Origin: an uncultured bacterium
GTDB taxonomy: Bacteria > Cyanobacteriota > Vampirovibrionia > Gastranaerophilales > Gastranaerophilaceae
NCBI GenBank assembly: GCA_902794035.1
Contig: CADBFN010000001.1
Span: forward strand, 21,599 to 85,598
Reading direction: 5' to 3'
Length of the DNA stretch: 64,000 bases
Shown here piece by piece: positions 26,890-37,475 of this stretch. Position 1 is the stretch's first letter. The number at the start of each line of letters is the position of its first letter. The notes under the pieces are model-generated. The model made no database searches. It was not told where the DNA came from and saw only the letters and a program-made list of their open reading frames with translations. The position numbers were made by a program, and so were the translations under genes.

Positions 26890-29800
26890 TTACAGGTCTC
26901 CGAAAGTAGTTGGTGTTTCAAAGAAGTTGATATTCAACAACTCTGAATCAACATCTGACAGAGTTCTTTTTGGAGCAGCCTTTCTAAGATCGTCCATATC
27001 TGTCATCAAATCTACTTCTGTTCCGTCTTTTTTGGATACTGTGATATCCAAACCGATACTTTGCAATTCTCTTACAAGTACCTTGAAAGATTCAGGAATA
27101 CCAGGTCTTGGAATATTATCACCCTTAACAATTGCTTCATATGCTCTGTTTCTGCCATTAACATCATCTGATTTAATAGTCAGCATTTCCTGTAAAGTAT
27201 ATGCAGCACCGTAAGCTTCTAATGCCCAAACTTCCATTTCACCGAATCTTTGTCCGCCGAATTGAGCTTTACCACCCAAAGGCTGTTGAGTAACAAGTGA
27301 ATAAGGACCGGTACTTCTTGCGTGAATTTTATCATCTACCAAGTGAACAAGTTTTAAGAAGTATGTCAAACCAACTGCAACAGGTCTGTCAAACGGTTCA
27401 CCGGTTCTGCCGTCAATAAGCGTAACCTTACCGTCTTCGCCAACCCAAGTTGCACCTGATTTTTTAATACCTTCTAACAATTCACCTTTTGTAACGATTT
27501 CAGATTCATTTTCACCGTACATTTCATCAAAAGCAGGAGCTTCGTAATGTTTTCCGGTTAAATATGCAGCCAAACCTAACAATAATTCATAAGTTTGACC
27601 AACGTTCATACGGGAAGGTACACCTAGCGGATTCAAAACGATATCAACAGGTGTTCCGTCAGGTAAGAATGGCATATCTTCTTTTGGAAGAATTCTTGAA
27701 ACAATACCTTTGTTTCCGTGACGTCCAGAAAGTTTATCACCGACAGAAACCTTACGTTTTTGAGCGATATAAACTCGGATTACAGTATTTGCTCCAGGAG
27801 GTAATTCGTCACCTTTTTCTCTGTCAAATACCTTAACGTCGAGAACTCTGCCGCCACCGCCATGAGGTACTCTTAATGAATTATCTTTTACATCTCTTGC
27901 TTTTTCTGCAAAGATTGCTCTTAATAATTTTTCTTCAGGTGGATGTTCAGATTCACCTTTTGGTGTAACTTTACCGACCAAAATATCATCAGGATAAACT
28001 CTGGCTCCTATTCTGACAATACCTCTTTCATCCAAATGACGAAGTGCATCTTCAGATACATTCGGAATTTCACGGGTAATTTCTTCAGGTCCAAGTTTTG
28101 TCTGACGAGCTTCTATTTCTAATTTTTCAATGTGTAATGAAGTAAAGATATCATCATGTACGCATCTTTCAGAAAGTAAAATCGCGTCTTCATAGTTATA
28201 GCCTTCCCAAGGCATATAAGCAACGAGAATGTTTTTACCTAATGAAAGTTCACCGCCGCAAGTAGATGCACCATCTGCGATTACATCACCTGCTTTAACC
28301 TTATCACCTTCATGTACGATAGGTCTTTGGTTAATACAAGTATCCTGGTTACTTCTTACATATTTCATTAATGTATATATATGTTGTTTGTTATGTTGAT
28401 CTCTGATTACAATTTCTTCACCAACAACTCTTTCAACGGTACCATCGACATCAGCAACGATAACCATACCTGAGTCTTTTGCAACACGAGATTCAAGACC
28501 TGTACCAACTCTTGGTCTTTGAGTAATCAAAAGAGGTACTGCCTGACGTTGCATGTTTGATCCCATCAAAGCACGGTTAGCATCATCGTGTTCAATAAAC
28601 GGAATCATTGATGTTGCAACAGAAATAATCTGAATTGGACAAACACCGACATAGTCAACTTTAGATGCAGGTTCCATAACGAATTCTGAACGATATCTTA
28701 CAGGAACAATGTCATCTTTAAATGTTCTGTCTTTATTTAATTTGACATCAGCAGGTGCGCAACGGTAGTTTTCATCGGCATCAGCAGTCATATAAACAAC
28801 TTCATCAGTTACTACACCATCTTTTACAACAAAGAACGGAGATTCGATAAAGCCGTAATCATTAACTCTGGCGTGAGTAGCCAATGAACCGATCAAACCT
28901 GCGTTAGGACCTTCCGGAGTTTCGATAGGACAAATACGTCCGTAGTGAGAAGGGTGAATATCACGAACAGGGAAACCTGCTCTTTCTCTTTGTAAACCAC
29001 CAGGCCCTAATGCTGAAATACGTCTTTTGTGAGTTAATTCAGCAAGCGGATTTGTCTGATCCATAAATTGTGATAACTGAGAAGATCCAAAGAATTCTTT
29101 TAATGAAGCAACCAAAGGTTTGGTGTTCAATAAGTTCAACGGAGTTAAGGTTTCAGAATCCTGCAGGGTCATTCTTTCTTTAACTATTCTTTCAATTCTT
29201 GAAAGACCGACTCTGAATTGGTTTTGTAACAATTCACCAACTGAACGGATTCTTCTGTTACCCAAGTGATCGATATCATCCAGTGTACCTTCATCATAAG
29301 TTAAGTTGATTAAGTACTCGATAGTTGAAACGATATCTTCAACCGTTAATGTTCTTTGGTTCTTAGGAATATTTAAATTTAATTTTCTGTTTAATTTATA
29401 ACGACCTACACGACCGATATCATATTTTTTAGCATCAAAGAATCTTGATTCTAAAATTTGGCGTCCGCCCTGAGGAGATGCAGGATCACCCGGTCTTAAT
29501 TTTTTGTATAAATCAATTAATGCATCATCAGTTGTTTCAGCTGTATCTTTATCCAAAGTTTTCTTTAAGAAATCAAAGTGAGTAAATTTAGATTCCATTT
29601 CTGCAACCGTAATACCCATAGCTTTTAATAAAGTTGTAGCTAAAATCTTTCTGTTTTTATCAATTTTAACGTGAATGATGTCATTAGCATCAGTTTCAAA
29701 TTTTACCCATGCTCCGCGGTTTGGAATCATTGTAGCATTGTACAAACGTTTTCCGTTTGGAGAAATGGTTTTGTCAAAATAAACACCAGGAGAACGAACG

Positions 29801-30207
29801 ATTTGAGAAACGATTACACGTTCTGCACCGTTTACAATGAATGTACCTTTGTCAGTCATTGTAGGGATATCACCGATGTAAACTTCCTGTTCTTTAATTT
29901 CACCGCTGTCACGGTTTACAAGTCTTATCATTACGCGTAATTGTTTTGCATAAGTAGCGTCATGAATTCTTGCTTCTTCAATTGTATACTTTGCATTATC
30001 GAAAGTATAATTTGGTAAAAAGTGCAATTCTAATCTGCCTGTATAGTCTTTAATAGGAGAGAAAGCAAGTAATTCTTCTTTCAAACCTTCTGTTAAAAAC
30101 CATTCAAATGATTTTTTCTGCACTTCAATAAGATCCGGTAAATCATCCAAACGAGTATGCGGGATACCCATTGGTGTTACCCTTTTTTCGTATTTTGTCT
30201 CAGACAT
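26890..30207 (-). CDS. rpoB: RNA polymerase beta subunit
   Basis: 1105 aa with full-length RpoB similarity (e.g. [20 protein letters not shown]). Confidence 0.98.
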   Translation of the reverse strand: MSETKYEKRVTPMGIPHTRLDDLPDLIEVQKKSFEWFLTEGLKEELLAFSPIKDYTGRLELHFLPNYTFDNAKYTIEEARIHDATYAKQLRVMIRLVNRDSGEIKEQEVYIGDIPTMTDKGTFIVNGAERVIVSQIVRSPGVYFDKTISPNGKRLYNATMIPNRGAWVKFETDANDIIHVKIDKNRKILATTLLKAMGITVAEMESKFTHFDFLKKTLDKDTAETTDDALIDLYKKLRPGDPASPQGGRQILESRFFDAKKYDIGRVGRYKLNRKLNLNIPKNQRTLTVEDIVSTIEYLINLTYDEGTLDDIDHLGNRRIRSVGELLQNQFRVGLSRIERIVKERMTLQDSETLTPLNLLNTKPLVASLKEFFGSSQLSQFMDQTNPLAELTHKRRISALGPGGLQRERAGFPVRDIHPSHYGRICPIETPEGPNAGLIGSLATHARVNDYGFIESPFFVVKDGVVTDEVVYMTADADENYRCAPADVKLNKDRTFKDDIVPVRYRSEFVMEPASKVDYVGVCPIQIISVATSMIPFIEHDDANRALMGSNMQRQAVPLLITQRPRVGTGLESRVAKDSGMVIVADVDGTVERVVGEEIVIRDQHNKQHIYTLMKYVRSNQDTCINQRPIVHEGDKVKAGDVIADGASTCGGELSLGKNILVAYMPWEGYNYEDAILLSERCVHDDIFTSLHIEKLEIEARQTKLGPEEITREIPNVSEDALRHLDERGIVRIGARVYPDDILVGKVTPKGESEHPPEEKLLRAIFAEKARDVKDNSLRVPHGGGGRVLDVKVFDREKGDELPPGANTVIRVYIAQKRKVSVGDKLSGRHGNKGIVSRILPKEDMPFLPDGTPVDIVLNPLGVPSRMNVGQTYELLLGLAAYLTGKHYEAPAFDEMYGENESEIVTKGELLEGIKKSGATWVGEDGKVTLIDGRTGEPFDRPVAVGLTYFLKLVHLVDDKIHARSTGPYSLVTQQPLGGKAQFGGQRFGEMEVWALEAYGAAYTLQEMLTIKSDDVNGRNRAYEAIVKGDNIPRPGIPESFKVLVRELQSIGLDITVSKKDGTEVDLMTDMDDLRKAAPKRTLSDVDSELLNINFFETPTTFGDL

Positions 30208-30282
30208 TAAATCACCTCATAAAATAAATGGTGTACTACTACTAAAAAAATTTTTCTAACTTATGGCTGTTAACCCTCTGCC

Positions 30283-30413
30283 TGTAAAGGTGAATCGTGA
30301 AATGTGAATTGTGAGTTGTCCGTATAATTTTTATATCAACCGTGAATATGAACTGATATCATAAATCATTAAAGGTCTATTCACTATTCACGAATTTCTA
30401 TTCACGCCTTTAG
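30283..30413. repeat. Inverted heptamer arrays upstream of rpoB
   Basis: AGGTGAA TCGTGAA ATGTGAA TTGTGAG ... CTATTCA CTATTCA CGAATTT CTATTCA, closed by TAAAGG/CCTTTA. Confidence 0.6.
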
Positions 30414-30748
30414 CAAATAATGCAATTTTCATGGGTTCGTAAAGTTGGTAAAATCCGCTTGTAATCAAACTTACGCTCGTACAGGCATAGTTCGCCTTAC
30501 TTTACATTTTGCATGTTCTCTAATCGTATTACATAAATATTAATAGTCAAGAAATTTAGCGTAAAAAATACAATAATTCTACGATAATTCTTAATAAAAA
30601 TTTACAATAAAATCAGACAAGGCTGAATATTTGACTGCTATTGATTTCCAATGTCAAGTGCAATTTATTAAAATCGCCGTAAACTGCATTATTAAATGTT
30701 TTCCAATCATACGCCAAAACTCAGTAACAGCGAAACCTTTAACTATTT

Positions 30749-31141
30749 TTATGATTTCAGGCAATTAGATTTTATAACTAAATCTATAGCATCTTTTACT
30801 GTCATTTTTGATAATTCTTCAGGAGAAATTTTTTTGCCGTAAATCGATTCGTAGCTATCTTTTATAAGCTGGTACATTTCATCTCTATCAACAAAACCGT
30901 CTTTTCTTGTTATTCCTAAAGGGTTTGCAGCACTTTTTTGAAGTGGTATTCCATCAACAGAGTCAAAAACAGACCTTACACTTTTTCTGCAAACCTTTGT
31001 TGCAATTCTACCCATACCCAATACGGTATTGTTTGCTACTATTTTTTCAAAGCCATTGTAATCTACTTTGTCAAAACTTTTAGCAAATTTATCAATAGGC
31101 TGATTTAAAAATTTATTTTTTATAAAAAGAGTATAATCCAT
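30749..31141 (-). CDS. Hypothetical protein
   Basis: 130-aa ORF with no recognisable family. Confidence 0.45.
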   Translation of the reverse strand: MDYTLFIKNKFLNQPIDKFAKSFDKVDYNGFEKIVANNTVLGMGRIATKVCRKSVRSVFDSVDGIPLQKSAANPLGITRKDGFVDRDEMYQLIKDSYESIYGKKISPEELSKMTVKDAIDLVIKSNCLKS

Positions 31142-31231
31142 AAATTCCCCCGCATATGATTATAAAAAAAAATTTTATAGAAAAAATGCCTGATTATTAA
31201 GAAAAATTAATAACTGTGTTATTATAATGTC

Positions 31232-32008
31232 ATGTTTTATTTTGATGAAATTAACGGTAAAAAAATTTTAAAATCGGATTTGATAAAAAATGCAAATGCC
31301 TTTTTTACAACAAGAGAAATTTGTATCTGTGATAAGGGAAGAAATAATAATTCAGAAGTAAAAGATAATTTGAAAATTATCGAGAATTATCTGGGGAAAA
31401 ATCTAATTTCTCCAACTCAGACTCATAGCGCAAATGTAGATATAGCAATAGAAAACAAATTTGAATACCCTGATACTGACGGATTAATTTTGACAAAAAA
31501 TAACTTTGCAATTTTTTTAAATTTTGCCGATTGTACCCCATTAATTTTTTATGATGAAAAACAAAATATCGGTGCTGTTTCTCATGCCGGCTGGAGAGGA
31601 ACAGCACAAAAAATTGCACAAATTACCGCAGAAAAATTAATAAATGAATTTGATTCAAAACCTCAAGACATTTGCGTTTTAATAGGTCCTGCAATTTGCG
31701 GAAAATGTTATGAAGTTGGAGAAGAAGTGTATTCGCAATTTTTTCCATCTCTTATTCCCTCACCCGCATCCGCAAGGTTCAATACTTCACCTGCGGCTGC
31801 TCCCTCTCCCACCAAAAAATATTGTGGGCGAGGGAATACATATCACATTGACCTCAAAGAAATTAATAGAAAACAGTTAGCCGACATCGGGATAGAAAAA
31901 ATTGACGTTTGCCCGTATTGTACATGTTGTGACAATGAATATTTTTATTCATACCGGAAAGAAAATGGTACAACTTATCGCCACAGTGCCATTTTAAAAC
32001 TAAAATAA
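31232..32008 (+). CDS. pgeF: YfiH/PgeF-family (laccase-domain) protein carrying an in-frame repeat insertion
   Basis: 258 aa with HSANV, ADCTPL, HAGWRGT, CGKCYEVG and YFYSYRKE motifs. Confidence 0.85.
   Translation: MFYFDEINGKKILKSDLIKNANAFFTTREICICDKGRNNNSEVKDNLKIIENYLGKNLISPTQTHSANVDIAIENKFEYPDTDGLILTKNNFAIFLNFADCTPLIFYDEKQNIGAVSHAGWRGTAQKIAQITAEKLINEFDSKPQDICVLIGPAICGKCYEVGEEVYSQFFPSLIPSPASARFNTSPAAAPSPTKKYCGRGNTYHIDLKEINRKQLADIGIEKIDVCPYCTCCDNEYFYSYRKENGTTYRHSAILKLK
31755..31836 (+). mobile_element. GC-rich ~82-bp palindromic element inserted in frame in pgeF
   Basis: Imperfect terminal inverted repeats TTCCCTCACCCGC / GTGGGCGAGGGAA. Sharp local GC rise. Related copy at 17391-17465. Confidence 0.55.
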
Positions 32009-32101
32009 CATTAAAAATTGTAAAAAGTTTGCTATATATGTAGCAAAAATAGTTTGTAAATGGTATTTATTAATATATAAAGTCAGAAGGTGTGTGAATT
32101 T

Positions 32102-32482
32102 ATGAAAAAATTTTTACTGGTTATCTTAACATTGTTTTTTACTTTATCCTGTGCAAATGCGACAACTACGGTAGTAAGATACAATAATGCCGGAATGCCT
32201 GTTACTATCGCAAGAGGATACAGTGCACCTGTAAGTATAAGACGTTATGAACAATACAACCGTTATGCACGTCGTGCACGTCCTACACTGCCTTCACGTC
32301 CTGCACTGCCATATGGCTACAGAACAAGACATGCACATATTCCGCCAAGCATAACGAATTATAATTTCCCTGCTCCGGTTCAGTCTGCGGTAATTAAACC
32401 GACATCAAGACTTAATAAAAATTACAGTGTATCTTTACCGCAAAAAAGTTATACTTTGAACGGAGTAACATACTATAACTAA
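32102..32482 (+). CDS. Secreted Arg/Pro/Tyr-rich protein of unknown function
   Basis: Start trimmed to the ATG at 32102. Signal peptide MKKFLLVILTLFFTLSCANA. Confidence 0.55.
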   Translation: MKKFLLVILTLFFTLSCANATTTVVRYNNAGMPVTIARGYSAPVSIRRYEQYNRYARRARPTLPSRPALPYGYRTRHAHIPPSITNYNFPAPVQSAVIKPTSRLNKNYSVSLPQKSYTLNGVTYYN

Positions 32483-32506
32483 TTTACAGATTTTAAATTT
32501 CAAACA

Positions 32507-32540
32507 AAAGCAGTCTTCAAAAAAAAGACTGCTTTAAATT
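32507..32540 (+). terminator. Intrinsic terminator
   Basis: AAAGCAGTCTT-caaaaaaa-AAGACTGCTTT. Confidence 0.6.
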
Positions 32541-32565
32541 TGGGGGTTACGAATAAATCTATAAA

Positions 32566-32700
32566 TTAAAATGCTAAAAACAACACTGTAAACATACAAC
32601 ATAAAGAAACTGCACTGAATAAAAACCAGGTGTGCATAACAGGATGTTGATAAGACCAGATTTCTTTTATTGTAGCAGTTGCATCAGTAATTGTTCTCAT
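32566..32700 (-). CDS. Possible 44-aa small membrane protein
   Basis: MRTITDATATIKEIWSYQHPVMHTWFLFSAVSLCCMFTVLFLAF. Weak SD (GAGAGA). Below the ORF-track cutoff. Confidence 0.3.
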   Translation of the reverse strand: MRTITDATATIKEIWSYQHPVMHTWFLFSAVSLCCMFTVLFLAF

Positions 32701-32810
32701 ATTTTATTCTCTCTTTCTTAAAACTATAATTCTATTTTCCATTTTTACGGAAAAAGGTCATCACCTATTTGGTTGATTATTTAATAATTTTTTATTATTA
32801 TCTAATCATT

Positions 32811-34049
32811 ATGAAAAAAGTTGAATTATTACTGCCTGCGGGCAATCTGGAAAAATTGGAATATGCCGTCAATTATGGAGCTGATGCAGTTTATTTGGGG
32901 GTTGTAGATTTTAGTTTAAGAGCAATGAGAAAAGGAGAACTCATAACCTTTGATAACCTTAAAACTGCAATAGATTTGGCACATAAATACGGCAAAAAAG
33001 CTTACATGACGCTTAATATATTTGCATTCAATAAGGACATTAAACATCTTGAAGAATGTATTGAAATAATAAAAGATGCAAATCCTGATGCAATCTTGTT
33101 TAGCGATTTCGGGATAATGAATTTGTTAAAAAAATACATGCCTGATACCCCTTTGCATGTAAGCACACAGACAAATATTTTGAATTATGAATCCGTAAAA
33201 TTCTGGCAGGATATGGGTGCAACAAGAGTTGTACTTGCAAGAGAACTTTCGATTCCTGAAATTGCGGAAATTAAAAATAAAGTTCCCGATATGGAAATTG
33301 AATGTTTTATTCACGGAGCTCAATGCGTATCATATTCAGGAAGATGCTTATTGAGTGATTATTTCACAAAAGGGGAAAGAATTTCTAATCAGGGGAATTG
33401 TTGTCAGCCTTGCAGATGGAGTTATAAACTGGTTGAAGAAACAAGACCAAATGAATATTATGAAATAAATGAAGATGCGCATGGTACACATATTTTAAGT
33501 CCTAATGATTTATGCCTTGTTCATCATTTAAAAGAAATGATAGATGCGGGAGTTGATTCATTCAAAGTCGAAGGACGAACAAAAAGTCTTTATTATGTAT
33601 CAGCAGTAGCAAAAACATACAGACAAGCGATTGATGAACTTTATCAAAACCCAAATGCGGATATGGAAAAATATTTTTACGAACTAAAAAAAGTCGGGAA
33701 CCGAGGTTATACAACAGGTTTTGCGCTCGGTAACGGTTCTGGCGGTTATAGTTACAACCTGTCAAAAGGACTTGCAGGTGCAGATTTCTTATTCGAATTC
33801 CACGATAAAGAAAAAATTAATGGAAATGAATTATATTTAGTAAAAATTAAAAATAAAGTTCTGCCAAATGATGAAGTAGAAATTATCACTCCGACAGAGC
33901 AATTTGTGACAAAAATTCTTGGGATATATGACGAAAACGGTCTTGAACTTGATGTTGGTAACACCAATGCAGAAGTATATATAAAACTTGAAAAAGAACC
34001 GCAAAGTTACAAATATGCTATGGCTAGAACTGTCGGAATTAAGGAATAA
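32811..34049 (+). CDS. Peptidase U32 family protein
   Basis: Start trimmed to the ATG at 32811. The ELLLPAGN...GADAVYLG opening and cysteine cluster are typical of U32. Confidence 0.9.
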   Translation: MKKVELLLPAGNLEKLEYAVNYGADAVYLGVVDFSLRAMRKGELITFDNLKTAIDLAHKYGKKAYMTLNIFAFNKDIKHLEECIEIIKDANPDAILFSDFGIMNLLKKYMPDTPLHVSTQTNILNYESVKFWQDMGATRVVLARELSIPEIAEIKNKVPDMEIECFIHGAQCVSYSGRCLLSDYFTKGERISNQGNCCQPCRWSYKLVEETRPNEYYEINEDAHGTHILSPNDLCLVHHLKEMIDAGVDSFKVEGRTKSLYYVSAVAKTYRQAIDELYQNPNADMEKYFYELKKVGNRGYTTGFALGNGSGGYSYNLSKGLAGADFLFEFHDKEKINGNELYLVKIKNKVLPNDEVEIITPTEQFVTKILGIYDENGLELDVGNTNAEVYIKLEKEPQSYKYAMARTVGIKE

Positions 34050-34052
34050 AAT

Positions 34053-34532
34053 ATGTTTATAAAACCGGATTACAATTTAAAAAGTATTTATGACATAGAT
34101 TTAGATGAGCTTCAAAATCAGGGAATTAAAGCTATGTTATTTGATTTGGATTCTACTCTTATGGCTTCAAAATCAGGAATTTACACTGACGAAGTTTATA
34201 GTTTTATAAAAAAAGTTCAGGAAAAATTTTTTATGGCAGTTGTTTCGAATAATAATAATCCTGCGTACATAAAAAAAGTCAGCGAAATATCACATTTCCC
34301 TGTATTATTCCATGCCTGTAAGCCAAAAACAGGGATTGTGTTAAAATTTCTTGAAAAGCATAATGTAAATCCCAAAGATTGCGTCTTGGTTGGTGACAGA
34401 CCGCTTACAGACATACTTTGCGGAAAGCGTTTGGGCTGCAAAACTATTCTCGTGGATTCAATAACTGCAGACACTGAATCAAAGCTCGTTCGATTTGTAC
34501 GAGCATTGGAAAGATTAAGTATTAAAAAATAG
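34053..34532 (+). CDS. YqeG-family HAD-IIIA phosphatase
   Basis: 159 aa with DLDSTL and GDRPLTDI motifs. Confidence 0.85.
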   Translation: MFIKPDYNLKSIYDIDLDELQNQGIKAMLFDLDSTLMASKSGIYTDEVYSFIKKVQEKFFMAVVSNNNNPAYIKKVSEISHFPVLFHACKPKTGIVLKFLEKHNVNPKDCVLVGDRPLTDILCGKRLGCKTILVDSITADTESKLVRFVRALERLSIKK

Positions 34533-35427
34533 TTTTAATAACGGCTTCCCAAAATTTCGGGCGGAACAGAAATAATGGCTTTTCGTTTATAAAATTAAGA
34601 AAACCGCAAACATCATTCCAAAAGCCCCAAACATATTTTTCTTCATAAGGAATTGCCCAAGGGGTATGAGCTAATACTTTAAAATATTCTTTTTTAAAAT
34701 GATTATAAGATGCAAAAATCCATGGCTTTTGTTTGGCAATATAATGAATAATAAACGGATCTTTAGTAAAACTGCTGCGGCTTAAAAAACTTGAAACCTG
34801 GACATTCCATCTGTCATCTACAATTTTTATTTTACCTTCAAGGGTAAAGTTTATAATATCCTGATCTCCTGCTTTAATATTTTCTATATTATTTTTGGTA
34901 TATTCAACAAATTTGTCTTCTACATTATCCCAGCGAATTTTGTTCAAATCCATTAAAAGAACACCTGCATTGACATATTTTGTATCTTTCCATTTAGGTT
35001 TATATTTTACTCTCGCATCAATTACACCTGCCATATAATTATCATTTAAAGCAGTATTATAAAATTCTGCCAAAGATGAACGCACAATTACATCACAATC
35101 AAGATATATTACACGATCAACAGCCGGCAGAAGCTGAGAAAGTTTTAATCTGTAATATGTCGCTATAGAAATATATTCATGAGTCAAAATATCCTTATAA
35201 ACATCAAATTGAGAAGGATCAACTTTTACAAATTCAATTTCGCAATTTCTTATAGTTTTCAGTCTGTTGATTCGCAATTTAGCGCCTTCACTTATTCCGC
35301 CATCCAAAACATAGAAAGAAAATTCATCTTCTTCTCCGGCGTTTAATAATACTGATGCAATAACAACTCCGGCGTATTTTGCATATTTATCGTCACAAGA
35401 AAGACATATATTGATATTGTTACTCAT
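34522..35427 (-). CDS. Glycosyltransferase family 8 (LPS/oligosaccharide glycosyltransferase-like)
   Basis: 301 aa with a YLDCDVIV DxD motif and GT8 layout. Confidence 0.85.
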   Translation of the reverse strand: MSNNINICLSCDDKYAKYAGVVIASVLLNAGEEDEFSFYVLDGGISEGAKLRINRLKTIRNCEIEFVKVDPSQFDVYKDILTHEYISIATYYRLKLSQLLPAVDRVIYLDCDVIVRSSLAEFYNTALNDNYMAGVIDARVKYKPKWKDTKYVNAGVLLMDLNKIRWDNVEDKFVEYTKNNIENIKAGDQDIINFTLEGKIKIVDDRWNVQVSSFLSRSSFTKDPFIIHYIAKQKPWIFASYNHFKKEYFKVLAHTPWAIPYEEKYVWGFWNDVCGFLNFINEKPLFLFRPKFWEAVIKTIF

Positions 35428-35505
35428 AACAGAATTGTATTATAAAAAAGAAATTCTTGCAAAGAATTGAACAAATATATATAATTAATCCAAAGGAGAA
35501 TATCA

Positions 35506-36063
35506 ATGAACATAAGAACACCGATAATAATAACACTGTTTGTAACAGTAATTGCCATAATAGGAATTAACGGCTTAAATAATTACAAATTAAAGACACT
35601 TAACATTGCATACGAAAATAATGTTGCCAAACTTCAGGATGCAATAACCGCAATGGATGCAGTATGGACAGACTATTTTCATTCTCCGTTGTACTCAGAT
35701 AAAGAACTGACAAATTATGATGTAAAACCGGGGAAATTTATGCAGGAATTTCTTAAAATTAAACAATTTTGCGGAAGTTCGAACGGAGATTGTTTTGCAA
35801 AAAAATATACATACGAAAACGGTCAGCCTTATACCCCAAAATTTGAAGGAGCTTGTGCACAGCTATCGACAGGACCTTCTATATGTATGATTCCGCAAAT
35901 TAAAGACAAAAACATTCAGGGATTAATTGATGTAAACGGAAAAGACAAACCGAATATGTACGGAAAAGATTTAAGGACTTTTGAACTAGATGCAAGAACA
36001 CGAAACTACGACCCTGAAGATGATCAAATTGAAGCAGTAAAAGTTGTAAAACCACGTTATTAA
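35506..36063 (+). CDS. Pilin/pseudopilin-like protein with degenerate prepilin signal
   Basis: The N-terminal helix ...TLFVTVIAIIGI resembles a pilin alpha1 helix. The C-terminal IDVNGKDKPNMYGKDLRTFEL resembles the DxNGxKxPNxxGxDxFxF block of pilin-like proteins. No G/FTLIE cleavage motif. Confidence 0.5.
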   Translation: MNIRTPIIITLFVTVIAIIGINGLNNYKLKTLNIAYENNVAKLQDAITAMDAVWTDYFHSPLYSDKELTNYDVKPGKFMQEFLKIKQFCGSSNGDCFAKKYTYENGQPYTPKFEGACAQLSTGPSICMIPQIKDKNIQGLIDVNGKDKPNMYGKDLRTFELDARTRNYDPEDDQIEAVKVVKPRY

Positions 36064-36458
36064 ACTCTTGTCAAACTGACAATTAAATAAAAAAGTTTCT
36101 TATACAATTTTTCTTTAAACGTAAGCTTTTCAGTAAGTGATTCTCTGTATATTTCATCAGATATGTTTTTATATTCTGCTACAGATTTTTTGGCGGCATT
36201 TATATAGTGAAAATGATTTGCTTCAATGGGTACAGAATTTGAGGCATACAAATTCGGATTAGTTTTTGTCGTTGCAATAATATTTACTTTGTTACCGGAA
36301 TAATCCTGCTTTAAAAATAAATCGAAATTTTCTTTTTTTATAAGTGCAATAATATTGGATTTTTCTTTTTCAATACATTGAGCAGGTTTTTTGCTCAATT
36401 TATTTACAACAAAGAGTCCCCCGTTAAAACTTTGCGCAGAAACATTTTGAGTTTTCAT
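36060..36458 (-). CDS. Hypothetical tail-anchored protein
   Basis: 132-aa ORF with a hydrophobic C-terminus. Confidence 0.4.
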   Translation of the reverse strand: MKTQNVSAQSFNGGLFVVNKLSKKPAQCIEKEKSNIIALIKKENFDLFLKQDYSGNKVNIIATTKTNPNLYASNSVPIEANHFHYINAAKKSVAEYKNISDEIYRESLTEKLTFKEKLYKKLFYLIVSLTRV

Positions 36459-36468
36459 ATTTTACCCC

Positions 36469-37101
36469 TTAATATCCGTTTTGGATCCATTCACGCACTC
36501 TGAATTTTGCACCCAAATCTGTAGCAATTTGTTCGCATTTATTTAGGTTAAGATGTCTGCCTTTGTATCCTTCAACAACACTTGCGACAGTTTCGAAACC
36601 ATTGTCAGCACAGGATTTTATAAACTTTTTAACCTCATCATAAGCACCCTCAAAAACAGGCTGAGATAATTCGTCATATTCTTTTGAAGATTCACCGTTC
36701 AGACTGACGGAAATTGTATCTATCAGACCTTTTAATTCCGGCACAATATCTCTTTTATAAACATAATTAGCATGACCGTTTGTATTAATTCTGATTTTTG
36801 TCTGAGGGTATTTTTCTTTGATATACTTTGCAACCCCTTTCAGAACATCAAGTTTTAATAACGGTTCACCGTACCCGCAAAAAATGACTTCACTGTTGTC
36901 ATTGTCAGGCTTTTGCAGAAGTATTTTTTCATATTGTTCAACGACATCATTTACTCCGGAGTTTTCATCATCAAGCCAAAGTGTCTGACCTTTTACATCA
37001 TCTTTATCTTTGCGCAGACAAAAAATACAGTCATTTGTGCATTTGTTTGTAAGATTTATATAAATTTTTCCGTCTAATTCATAAACTAATACATTTGCCA
37101 T
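36469..37101 (-). CDS. Small radical SAM protein
   Basis: 210 aa with CTNDCIFC (CxxxCxxC) near the N-terminus and a GYGEPLL glycine-rich SAM motif. Confidence 0.85.
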   Translation of the reverse strand: MANVLVYELDGKIYINLTNKCTNDCIFCLRKDKDDVKGQTLWLDDENSGVNDVVEQYEKILLQKPDNDNSEVIFCGYGEPLLKLDVLKGVAKYIKEKYPQTKIRINTNGHANYVYKRDIVPELKGLIDTISVSLNGESSKEYDELSQPVFEGAYDEVKKFIKSCADNGFETVASVVEGYKGRHLNLNKCEQIATDLGAKFRVREWIQNGY

Positions 37102-37187
37102 TTTTAATATCCCTTTTTCTATATATTAGCATAAATAAATTTATCAAGATAAATTTATCAAACAAAATAAGTCCGCAAAATCATTTG

Positions 37188-37475
37188 CCGACCTATTCAC
37201 TTACAAATTAGGCGGTTATTCAAAAAATGAGGCTTTTGTCATTCTGAATTTATTTCAGAATCTTAAAATTCTCATTTTTATATTCTTTGTTGGGTTTCAC
37301 CCAACCTACAAGCTATATAGAATGTAGTGTGGGCAAAATGTAATGTGCCCACAAAGATAATAAAGATGGGCACGCTTTCGCTTTGCCCATCCTACAAATC
37401 TTATTTTCGTGGTAACTCCTATAATAGTTATGTAAGGGACGTTTATACGCACCAAAAACCCGACCTATTCACTTA
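37188..37475. repeat. Composite repeat cluster bounded by 16-nt direct repeats
   Basis: CCGACCTATTCACTTA at 37188-37203 and 37460-37475. Between them are the conserved-core hairpin (37234-37271) and three REP hairpins (37287-37310, 37323-37353 inverted, 37365-37396). Confidence 0.6.

Noticed and set aside
21091-30207. Many 60-95 aa ORFs inside or antisense to rpoC2, rpoC1 and rpoB (for example 21091-21384, 23701-23892, 26927-27214, 29671-29940)
   Set aside because: They are embedded in long, unmistakably conserved CDSs and lack SD sequences. They are typical shadow ORFs. The same applies to shadow ORFs inside hydB/hydA, UPF0210, uvrC, fabI and mutS2 (61957-62256, 62557-62997).
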